This document shows, piece by piece, positions 31,395 to 39,747 of a stretch of DNA of 64,000 nucleotides. Source of the stretch: Candidatus Latescibacterota bacterium (GTDB lineage Bacteria; Latescibacterota; UBA2968; GCA-2709665); NCBI GenBank assembly GCA_965226795.1, contig CBDDDZ010000003.1:256001-320000 (forward strand), in the 5' to 3' direction. How positions within the stretch are numbered: position 1 is the stretch's first letter; the number at the start of each line of letters is the position of its first letter. The notes under the pieces are model-generated. The model worked only from the letters and a program-made list of their open reading frames with translations, was not told the DNA's origin and made no database searches. Both the position numbers and the translations under genes were made by a program.

Positions 31395-32204
31395 ATGAGC
31401 AAGTGCGTCAGAACCTACTACGACTCGGCGCCAGAGAGAGAGTGGGAACGGTTGGATAATGGGCTTTCGCGAATCGAATTCGCTTCCACTCTGCGACTCA
31501 TTGAGAAATACATTCCTGCCAACGGAGCCGTGTGTGACAACGGAAGCGGACCGGGCCGTTACTCAATTGAGCTCACCAGGCGTGGGTACCAGGTGACTCT
31601 ATTCGACCTTTCCGGGAAGCTGCTGGAGAGGGCAGAGCGGGCATTTGCATCGGAAGGAATCAGCGGGACTCGGGCTGTTCAAGGAGATGCGCGCGATCTG
31701 GGGGTCTTTGAGGACGAATCGTTTGATGCCTCCCTGCATCTTGGTCCTCTATACCATCTCGTCAAGAGTGACGATCGATCCCAGGCTCTAAGAGAGCTGG
31801 TCCGCATCCTAAAGCCGGGCGGCAGGGCGATTGTTGCCTTCCTGAATTCCTGGGGCCTGATCAGATCCGGAGTAGTCGATTTCCAAAAGCGCTTCCGTAA
31901 TTCCGCTTTTTTGCGGAGCATGCTCGGCGAAAAAGCTTTTGATGGTCGTGAACTCTCCGGTTTCACCGAATGTCACTGGTCCAATCCTGAGATCGCTGGC
32001 AAAGAAATCCGGGATACAGGACTACGAATCGTAAGCGATGCGGGCGCAGAAGGTTTTGTCGGAGGTATGGCGCCGCTTCTGGAGTCGCTCAGGAAAAATG
32101 AACGTTCAGCATTTGACAACGTTGTGGAATTCGCAGCGGAGACCTCGGAATTGCCTCAGTTCAGGGATGCGACAGACCATGTTCACTTTGTCGTCGAGAA
32201 GTAG
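31395..32204 (+). CDS. Class I SAM-dependent methyltransferase
   Basis: DNGSGPGRY, GDARDL, LGPLYHL and RILKPGG motifs. Confidence 0.92.
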   Translation: MSKCVRTYYDSAPEREWERLDNGLSRIEFASTLRLIEKYIPANGAVCDNGSGPGRYSIELTRRGYQVTLFDLSGKLLERAERAFASEGISGTRAVQGDARDLGVFEDESFDASLHLGPLYHLVKSDDRSQALRELVRILKPGGRAIVAFLNSWGLIRSGVVDFQKRFRNSAFLRSMLGEKAFDGRELSGFTECHWSNPEIAGKEIRDTGLRIVSDAGAEGFVGGMAPLLESLRKNERSAFDNVVEFAAETSELPQFRDATDHVHFVVEK

Positions 32205-32294
32205 TACCAGCCGACTCCGACATTTTGAAGTCGAACAAAACAGTCACACCGCACCTGGCCCACAACGTACGTTAATCGGATTCTACATATCTCT

Positions 32295-33062
32295 ATGACA
32301 GATCAGAATACAGTCCGAAAAAAAGATATCGTGACAGGTTTCCATTCCCTCGGCCTTCGGGAAGGCGATGCGCTTCTCTTTCACAGTTCCCTGAAGAGCT
32401 TTGGTTACGTGCACGGAGGCGCGGATACCGTCATCGACGGCGCCATCGAAGCCGTTGGCGCAACCGGTACCGTCGTTGTGCCCACTTTCGTACAAAAAGT
32501 GAACGGCGAATCCGCCACCTACAGGACCCGTCGCCAAGCCTGGAACATCCGTACATCGCCCTCGGACGTGGGCCACGTCACCGAAGTCTTCCGCCGGCGC
32601 CCGGAAGCCGCGCGCAGCGACCACTGCTGCGACTCCCTGGCCGCCATCGGCGCCGAAGCCGGGCGCGCAATGGGCGGCCACAGGTCCGCTGGGCCCCGGC
32701 TGAGTCCATGGGACGAAAAAGCGTTCGGCCATGGCTCTCCGTGGGACTGGCTGGTCGCTCGCAATGCCCTTTACGTGCTTATGGGTGTCGGCTTCAATGT
32801 CTGCTCCATCTTCCACTACAACCAGGCTCTATGGGTTGAACGCAATTACAAAAACGCCAGCGAGTCGCGAATGTGGCCCGGATTCAACTTCAACGTTATG
32901 GGCGACCGCGTCAAGTCCGCCGGCCTTGTCCGGAAGACCACCGTGGGTCCCTCACTATGGCATGCCTTCCGCGTCGCTCCCACCATCGAGTATGTCTGCC
33001 GCGTCCTTGATGACGAACCCGCCCTCATCACGCTTTCACCACTGAAACTCTACGGCGATTGA
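32295..33062 (+). CDS. AAC(3)/YokD-family N-acetyltransferase
   Basis: HSSLKSFGYVHGGA, GTVVVPTF and FGHGSPW motifs. Confidence 0.9.
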   Translation: MTDQNTVRKKDIVTGFHSLGLREGDALLFHSSLKSFGYVHGGADTVIDGAIEAVGATGTVVVPTFVQKVNGESATYRTRRQAWNIRTSPSDVGHVTEVFRRRPEAARSDHCCDSLAAIGAEAGRAMGGHRSAGPRLSPWDEKAFGHGSPWDWLVARNALYVLMGVGFNVCSIFHYNQALWVERNYKNASESRMWPGFNFNVMGDRVKSAGLVRKTTVGPSLWHAFRVAPTIEYVCRVLDDEPALITLSPLKLYGD

Positions 33063-33117
33063 TTCCCAAACCTTGACGACGCGAGGCCAATCCCATATCT
33101 TTGACTGCAAACAGGCT

Positions 33118-33393
33118 ATGGAATTCGAATGGGACGAACGCAAGAATGAACTGAACATCCAGAAACACGGTGTAGGCTTTTTGTCTGCCGCGCGTGTTTT
33201 TGATGGGCCCGTATTCACGTTTATCGATAACCGGAATGATTACGGAGAAATCCGGTACGTGTCTATTAGCAAGATTGAAGAAGCTGAACTCTACGTTGTA
33301 TACGCCATCCGCAACAGACGCCATCGAATCATCTCCGCAAGGAGAGCCAATCGAAATGAACGAAGAAAATATTGTGAGATATTCCCGCGATGA
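33118..33393 (+). CDS. brnT: BrnT-family toxin
   Basis: MEFEWDERKNELNIQKHG...DYGEIR...RIISARRAN. Confidence 0.93.
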   Translation: MEFEWDERKNELNIQKHGVGFLSAARVFDGPVFTFIDNRNDYGEIRYVSISKIEEAELYVVYAIRNRRHRIISARRANRNERRKYCEIFPR

Positions 33394-33646
33394 CCTGCCG
33401 GAAGATTCACAGACAGACTGGAATCGGGTCAACTTGTTGACGGAAGCGGAATTGAACGCCGCTGCGCATTCCGACACGGACGCGCCACCTTTCAGGAGCG
33501 GTGAAGATTGGGAAAAAACCGAAATAATGGCGCAGATTCCGATAGACCGGGAAACCTTTGAATACTGCAGGAAGCACGGTGGAGGCATTCAAACAGTCTT
33601 CAAGAATGCCGTGCGCGAGTACATGGATGCACATCCATTGAAGTAG
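33356..33646 (+). CDS. BrnA-like antitoxin
   Basis: Overlaps brnT; TDWNRV...DTDAPP N-terminus and an RHH-like C-terminus (IDRETFEYCRKHGGGIQT). Confidence 0.8.
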   Translation: MNEENIVRYSRDDLPEDSQTDWNRVNLLTEAELNAAAHSDTDAPPFRSGEDWEKTEIMAQIPIDRETFEYCRKHGGGIQTVFKNAVREYMDAHPLK

Positions 33647-33806
33647 CAATATGTAGGGTTCTTAAGGGACGGGTTCGGGGTTAGGTGATTTTGCGATCAT
33701 CTTGCCCATTTACCCGTTCTTTTTTCGTGCTTTTTTGTATCCCCGTCCAAGACGGCAGAGGAAAAAGGCGAGATACTCCACGCAACCATGCGGCTTCACG
33801 GATCCT

Positions 33807-34160
33807 CCTCTCACCCGCCCGGTCAGGGTGGACGGGGATTGTTCGCGCTTAAACGTACGGTATCATCTTTGTGCAGGAAAACTTCGCGCTTTTGTTGTAG
33901 AGAGGTTCGCCCATTCCTGAGCTTTATCCTTCGCGCGAGCGGTCTGGGGGTTGGGGGTTTTTCCGCGTTGTGATCCGTCCACCACCGTGGTTCTGGTACA
34001 CCTGAAGAACCCGTAGGCCACCCAATTTCCCTTTATTAATCTGAGGCGGTTCGCGGAAAAACCGGCCCCGTGCCGAGCGGCCTGCCTGCGCCGAGCCGTG
34101 CTCGGCAGGCAGGCGCCGTTCTTTTTGGCCCTTTTCCTTTGGCGAGAAAGAAAAAGGGCG
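33807..34160 (+). repeat. Structured intergenic repeat, copy F
   Basis: Duplicated 5' unit, module 33862-33923 shared with copy G, nested insert 34081-34113, core and A-rich tail. Confidence 0.9.
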
Positions 34161-34293
34161 TAAAAATTGCAAAAATAAAAAAGAGCTCTTCAGCGCATTT
34201 GCACGCCAAAGAGCCCATATAGTCAGGTTGTAAAAGCCGGCGGCCCTTACGACCCCGGCCGTCTATTGACCCGCGTGGTATCGGATCCGTCGC

Positions 34294-35598
34294 CTACCTC
34301 TCTCCAATCGACGCATAGTCCCGCTGATCTTCCCCGATATAGACCTGCCGCGGACGCGCGATACGCTGTTCCCGGTCGTTCAGCAACTCCTTCCACTGCG
34401 CCAGCCACCCGGGCATCCGGCCCAGCGCGAACATAACGGTCATCATGTCCGTTGGCAGGCCCATGGCCTGATAGATGATGCCCGAATAGAAATCCACGTT
34501 CGGATACAGCTTGTGAGAGACGAAATAATCGTCTTCCAGCGCAATGCGTTCCAATTCCAGAGCAATGTCGATGAGCGGATTCCTGCCGGTCACCTCGAAT
34601 ACGGTGTTGGCGGTCTGCTTGATGATCGCGGCTCTGGGATCGTAGTTCTTATAGACCCGGTGCCCAAAGCCCTGCAGGCGAACTTCCCGGTTGTGCACCC
34701 GCTCAATGTAGGACGGGATATTATCCACCGACCCGATCTCGTTCAGCATCTTTAGCACGGCTTCATTCGCGCCGCCATGCGCCGGCCCGTAGAGTGCGGC
34801 AGCGGCGCCGGCCGCGGAGGAGTACGCGTCTGCGCCCCCGCTGCCGATGCCGCGCATGGTGCTGGCGCTGCAGTTCTGTTCGTGGTCGGCGTGTAATATG
34901 AGAAGGACCTCCAGCGCGCGTTCCAGTGCCGGATCCGGTGTATCGTCGTCGGATCCGCTGAACATCATTCTCAGAAAGTTGCCGCAATACCCCAGCGAGG
35001 GATCCGGATCCACGAAGTCAAGCCCCTGGCTCCGGCGATACACCATTGACGCAACCACGGAAGTCCAGCCGATCAGTCGCCGAATATGCTGCTCCCGCGC
35101 GTCGTCGGAACTGACGTCCCTTGCATTTTCGAAAAACGTCGACAAAGATCCCAGCACACCCACCAGCATACCCATTGCGTGAGAGCCCGCCCGATACCCG
35201 TTCACCAGTTCGGTCAGTCTGGGGTCGGCTGACACGTTCGCCATAATCGACTCGTTCCACGCATCCAGTTGTGTCCGGCCGGGAAGGTCTCCATACAACA
35301 GCAGATATGCCGTTTCCAGGTGGGTGCTTTGCTCGGCAAGTTGCTCGATCGGATATCCGCAATAGCGGAGAATGCCCTTCTCTCCGTCGATAAATGTCAC
35401 CGCGCTCTGACACGAGCCCGTGTTCAGGTAGGACGGATCGTATCCGAGCAACCCGAAATCATCCTCCGATACTTTGATCTGTTTCAGATCCGCGGTTCTA
35501 ATCGCGGCGCCGTACTCGGGGTACGTGCCGTAAAGAATGGGAACATGGTAAGTCTTACCGGTCCGATTATCCGTTATCGAGAGGGAGTCGCTGTTCAT
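34294..35598 (-). CDS. gltA: Citrate synthase
   Basis: LHADHEQNCS, GPAHGGANE, GFGHRVYKNYDPRA and YPNVDFYSG motifs. Confidence 0.97.
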   Translation of the reverse strand: MNSDSLSITDNRTGKTYHVPILYGTYPEYGAAIRTADLKQIKVSEDDFGLLGYDPSYLNTGSCQSAVTFIDGEKGILRYCGYPIEQLAEQSTHLETAYLLLYGDLPGRTQLDAWNESIMANVSADPRLTELVNGYRAGSHAMGMLVGVLGSLSTFFENARDVSSDDAREQHIRRLIGWTSVVASMVYRRSQGLDFVDPDPSLGYCGNFLRMMFSGSDDDTPDPALERALEVLLILHADHEQNCSASTMRGIGSGGADAYSSAAGAAAALYGPAHGGANEAVLKMLNEIGSVDNIPSYIERVHNREVRLQGFGHRVYKNYDPRAAIIKQTANTVFEVTGRNPLIDIALELERIALEDDYFVSHKLYPNVDFYSGIIYQAMGLPTDMMTVMFALGRMPGWLAQWKELLNDREQRIARPRQVYIGEDQRDYASIGER

Positions 35599-35634
35599 CC
35601 ACAAAATTCCTTTCAGGTCGTCTTTGCCTGCCGG

Positions 35635-36304
35635 TCAGCCTCGAACCGCGTAGATCATACTTTCAAGAGGTGTTCCGGTCAGGTTATGGCCACACGTTTG
35701 GTGTCGAATCACCCCGCCGAAAACCCTCTCCAGCGCGCGTTCGTACGAATTGTTGACGGCCTGGCTCCAGATCGCCAGCGTTCCTCCCGGGCGCAGCCTT
35801 GTTGCGAGAGTCTGCAGCGCGGAAACGCTATACGCGCGCCGGCTTTCCGAACGCATAACCCGGTCGGGACCGTTGTCGATATCCAGTGCGATGCCGTGGT
35901 AGCTTCGGGGATTGCCCATGAATGTAATCGCAAAAATCGCCGACCACCACTTCCGTGCGCGCATCGTCCAGAATGTCGGCATTGCTCAGATATTCGCGAT
36001 TCCAGTTTACGATTCGCGAATCCAGTTCCACGACACACACAGAATGCACATTCGAATAGGCGAGCGCCTGCCGAAGGGAGTTTCCCAATCCCAGACCGCC
36101 GATAAGAATGCTGATTTTCCTGCGGGACGTCAACGTTTCCAGGACAGTGTCCATCAATACCCGATCGGACGAGGCATTGTAGGTGGCCGTCAGGAAAATA
36201 CCGTTGAGGATAAGTTCGAAATGGGTGGCTGTGCCGGCCTTAACGGACGCAAGCTGCAGTTCTCCCCGGCGGGTGGTTGAATGCTGCACAACCCGCCGTT
36301 CCAT
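35635..36304 (-). pseudogene. Spermidine synthase-like methyltransferase, frameshifted
   Basis: ILIGGLGLG and VVELD in one frame; IALDIDNGPD and LRPGGTLAIWS in the next. One extra base near 35916. Confidence 0.85.
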
Positions 36305-36561
36305 AGCCAGCCCCTGAAACGCCCCATCAGCCGCCTTCTCTATCGAAGTCAGAATAGGCACGATATTAAGATAATGCAGAATTAAAATTTGACAAGCAAA
36401 TTTGAACACAATGGCAGGGGCACCGAAAGGTTAAATCGCTTGACAATTCTCGATGGGCATTTAGATTGCCCGACCGGAGACACACCGCCCGAAGAATCCA
36501 CGGTTTATTTCAAGATTGAGGGTGATCAGTAATCTCGCCGAAAAGATCCGATTCACTGCAA

Positions 36562-37374
36562 GTGGCTGAAATCGAACGGGTAAACCATGGAATATCCCGT
36601 GGCCGCTTCCGCTCGGTGCTCTTCGATTTCGACGGAACGCTCTCGCTGATTCGCCAGGGTTGGCGAAAAATCCTGGTACCGATGATGGTCGAAACGCTTG
36701 GTGAATGCAACACCGGCGAGACCAGGACGCAACTCACCCATGTTGTCGCTGACTTTGTCGACCGGTTGACCGGAAAGCAGACCATTTACCAGATGATTCA
36801 GCTTGGCGAGGAGATTAAGAAACGCGGAGGAACGCCTCCGGATCCTGTCGCCTACAAACACCGCTATCTCGAACGGCTTAACCTCCACATACGGAACCGC
36901 GTCAACGGCCTCCATTCCGGGGAAATCGCGCCGGAAGATTTCATGGTGCCGAAGTCGCTGGATCTCCTTCGCAACCTGCAGCGCCGGGAACTCACACTGT
37001 ATCTGGCAAGTGGTACAGATGAGGTGTACGTTAAAAAAGAGGCCGCCCTTCTGGGGCTGACGCCGTTCTTTGAAGACCGCGTCTACGGCGCCCTGGATCA
37101 ATATCAGGATTTCTCCAAAGAAAGGGTGATCCGGGATCTGATTGCCTCACAGGGGATCGAGGGCGAAGAGTTGCTGGGCTTTGGCGATGGATACGTGGAG
37201 ATTGAAAACGTCAAATCTGCGGGCGGAACGGCCGTGGGCGTCGCGTCTGATGAAGCCGGACGCCGGGTCGTGAATGCATGGAAACGCGACCGCCTTATTC
37301 AAGCGGGGGCGGATCTGATTATACCGGACTATCGGAGCCAGGAATTACTCCTGGACTATCTCCTCAATGTGTAG
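36562..37374 (+). CDS. HAD-family hydrolase
   Basis: FDFDGTLS, LASGT and FGDGYVE motifs; TTGACA-N16-TAGATT at 36440-36467. Confidence 0.9.
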   Translation: MAEIERVNHGISRGRFRSVLFDFDGTLSLIRQGWRKILVPMMVETLGECNTGETRTQLTHVVADFVDRLTGKQTIYQMIQLGEEIKKRGGTPPDPVAYKHRYLERLNLHIRNRVNGLHSGEIAPEDFMVPKSLDLLRNLQRRELTLYLASGTDEVYVKKEAALLGLTPFFEDRVYGALDQYQDFSKERVIRDLIASQGIEGEELLGFGDGYVEIENVKSAGGTAVGVASDEAGRRVVNAWKRDRLIQAGADLIIPDYRSQELLLDYLLNV

Positions 37375-37505
37375 GATCCGTCCGCCGAATGCCAGTCGAG
37401 CACAAAGCGGAACCCGTCCTGTGACGCGGCGCCAACTGGCGATATGGCGAATGGACCCGGGCGGTTGACGAGACCAGGGCGCTTCCGAGACGTCCCAGTT
37501 TTTTT

Positions 37506-38537
37506 ATGACCCATGCAGATCTACAAAAGCTACTGGAATCGTTTTCGAATCTTGAAATCCTCGTTATCGGGGATTATTTCCTGGATCGATATCTCGTCGT
37601 CGATCCTGACCTGGCTGAAATCTCTCTGGAGACAGGGCTGGAGGCCCGGCAGGTGGTGCAGGTCCATAACCGGCCGGGTGCGGCAGGAACCGTGACCAGT
37701 AACCTGAATGAACTGGGCGTGGGGAGGATCCGGGCGCTCGGGGTGATTGGCGATGATGGACAGGGGTACGATCTGACGGCGGGCCTGCGTGCGACGGGTG
37801 TGGATACGCGGCATCTGATGGAGATTTCGGGCCGCGTTACGCCAACCTATACAAAACCGATTCTCAGCACGAACGGGCAGGAGATGGAGCGATTGGATAT
37901 CAAGAATCGCTCTCCCCTCCCGCGACACGTTGAAGGCCTCATCCTCACCGCCCTGGAGAATCTGCTTGGCGAGGTCGATGGTGTGATTGTGCTCGACCAG
38001 GTTCAGGAACGCAATTGCGGTGTGATTACGGATCGCGTTCGGGCGGGAATCGCGCGCCTCGCTCCTGAGTATCCCGATGTCGTATTTCTGGCGGATTCCC
38101 GTTCACGTAGCGCAGCGCTCAGGAACGTGATCGCGAAGCCCAACCGTGACGAGGCCCTCCGGGCGGTGTCCGCGAGTTCCGGCGCGGAAGGCACGAAGTG
38201 TCTGAACACCGCCATTCGGTCTTTTGTCGCGCGCACCGGTCGACCCGTCTACATTACACTTGGCCCGGAGGGTATCCTCTGCGACGATGGGGAAGCGATT
38301 CATCGCGTTCCGGGCATTTCAGTGCCCGATCCCATCGATATCGTGGGCGCGGGGGATAGCGTTTCCGCGGGGATTGCCTCGGCACTTTGTGCGGGCGCCT
38401 CGTACGTCGATGCCGCACGGGTAGGCGTGCTGGTGTCTTCCATAACCATCCAGCAGATCGGGACAACGGGCACCGCGTCACCCGAACAGGTGCTTCAACG
38501 GTTCGAGGAATCCAGTCAGGATGCCCGGTTCCTGTAG
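37506..38537 (+). CDS. PfkB-family carbohydrate kinase (RfaE/HldE kinase-like)
   Basis: GDYFLDRY, PGAAG, KPNRDE and DIVGAGDS motifs. Confidence 0.9.
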   Translation: MTHADLQKLLESFSNLEILVIGDYFLDRYLVVDPDLAEISLETGLEARQVVQVHNRPGAAGTVTSNLNELGVGRIRALGVIGDDGQGYDLTAGLRATGVDTRHLMEISGRVTPTYTKPILSTNGQEMERLDIKNRSPLPRHVEGLILTALENLLGEVDGVIVLDQVQERNCGVITDRVRAGIARLAPEYPDVVFLADSRSRSAALRNVIAKPNRDEALRAVSASSGAEGTKCLNTAIRSFVARTGRPVYITLGPEGILCDDGEAIHRVPGISVPDPIDIVGAGDSVSAGIASALCAGASYVDAARVGVLVSSITIQQIGTTGTASPEQVLQRFEESSQDARFL

Positions 38538-38606
38538 GGGCGACCCACGGGTCGCCCACCTGTCCGCGTACACGTTGCATTTGTAGGGGCGGTTCGCGAA
38601 CCGCCC
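38534..38606 (+). repeat. Two tandem GTAG-type REP palindromes
   Basis: 38534-38557 and 38583-38606. Confidence 0.85.
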
Positions 38607-38647
38607 GAATGGTACGGTGAAAGGGGACGGCGGTCCCTCAAGTTTCA

Positions 38648-39118
38648 CCTCCCACCCGCCCGGTCGTGGTGCGGGGGGCTTGTTCGCGGTATGAGACGCA
38701 CCGCTCACCATCAACCTCGAACGCCAGAAACAGGCGTCCCCTGTTGTCCCGCATAACACCCGGAACAACAGGTCACCCGCTCCGCGGGCGGAGGTGGATT
38801 CTCCGCGCTTTAACCTCCAGAATCATCTGTGTACGGAAAAACCAGCAGCTTTTGTTGTAGAGGGGTTCGCCCGCACCTGAGCTCAATACCTCCTGCGAAC
38901 GGTGGTAGAGTGGGGGGTTTTTCCGCGTTGATCCGTCCCCCACTATGGTTCTGATACACCTGAGGGACCCGTAGGGCACCCAATTCCCATTTGTGCCCCT
39001 GAGGTGATTCACGGAAAAACCGGCTCCGCGCCGAGCGGCCTGCCTGCGCCGAGCCGTGCTCGGCAGGCAGGCGCCGTTCTTTTTGGTCCTTTTTCTTGGG
39101 CGTACAAGAAAAAGGACG
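38648..39118 (+). repeat. Structured intergenic repeat, copy G (longest)
   Basis: Contains the modules shared with D and with F, the nested insert 39039-39071, and the core. Confidence 0.9.
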
Positions 39119-39167
39119 CAGGAAAAAGAAAGGAAGGGAAAGCGGTACCAGTCTAAATACAAGCACT

Positions 39168-39746
39168 TTAAAGACCAAAATAGACGCTGAGTCGCTGAGG
39201 AAGGGACGTCCACCATGCGTCTCCGCCCGCGAGACGGTGGATATGTGTGTTACCCGGAACGTCGTTTGCGCCAAGGCCTTCTTCGAAGACGAACGTCCGG
39301 GGGTCACGCTCCAGAAACTGCCCGAGACGTGCTTCCAGGCGCTCCCCGGTTCGGATAATGCAGGCGCCGGTCAGTTCGGCTGTCGACAGGTCGAGCAGGT
39401 GGTCGACGTTCCAGCGCAAGCGTTTTTCTTGTATTGGCGTCAGATTTCCATTTCCCAGGCCCATGGCATTGAATCGCAGGAGCATTTCCTCCCGGATGTT
39501 GTGAGGTCGCTTCCGTCCGCTCCGGGTGGCGTGGCGAACCAGCCGCCTGGCCAGCGACGCGGCACCCTTTCCCGACATGGCGGACCCGATGTACACGTAT
39601 TCTCCCGCGGTTAGGGGGACTTCTTTCCCTCGTTTGAATCCGCCGAACGAGAGCGCGACATTCTCCTCGAGTCGAATCCGCAGTACATAAGACCCGCCCT
39701 GGAAATCGCCGCCCAGAAAGACAAGAGAAGATGTTTCAGAATTCAC
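39168..39746 (-). CDS. GIY-YIG nuclease superfamily protein (DUF123-like)
   Basis: GSYVL...YVYIGSA...RRLVRH and RWNVDHLL motifs. Confidence 0.8.
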   Translation of the reverse strand: MNSETSSLVFLGGDFQGGSYVLRIRLEENVALSFGGFKRGKEVPLTAGEYVYIGSAMSGKGAASLARRLVRHATRSGRKRPHNIREEMLLRFNAMGLGNGNLTPIQEKRLRWNVDHLLDLSTAELTGACIIRTGERLEARLGQFLERDPRTFVFEEGLGANDVPGNTHIHRLAGGDAWWTSLPQRLSVYFGL

Positions 39747-39747
39747 G

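Noticed and set aside
32295..33062. Aminoglycoside resistance gene
   Set aside because: AAC(3)/YokD family membership alone does not show resistance, and there is no mobile resistance context.
33714..33770. Ninth, degenerate copy of the triplex core
   Set aside because: GTTCTTTTTTCG...GAAAAAGGC is similar, but the hairpin and loop pairing are broken, so it was not counted.
38648..39118. Repeat as a group II intron remnant or hammerhead ribozyme
   Set aside because: No domain V/VI consensus and no CUGANGA/GAAA core in the right arrangement were found by eye. A covariance-model search is still needed.
3435..39307. Recurrent short ORFs with LPAPSRARQAG or RLPAEHGSAQAG peptides (3435, 3449, 33924, 38773, 38810)
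   Set aside because: These are translations of the repeat element. Starts, stops and frames are not conserved between copies, while base pairing is.
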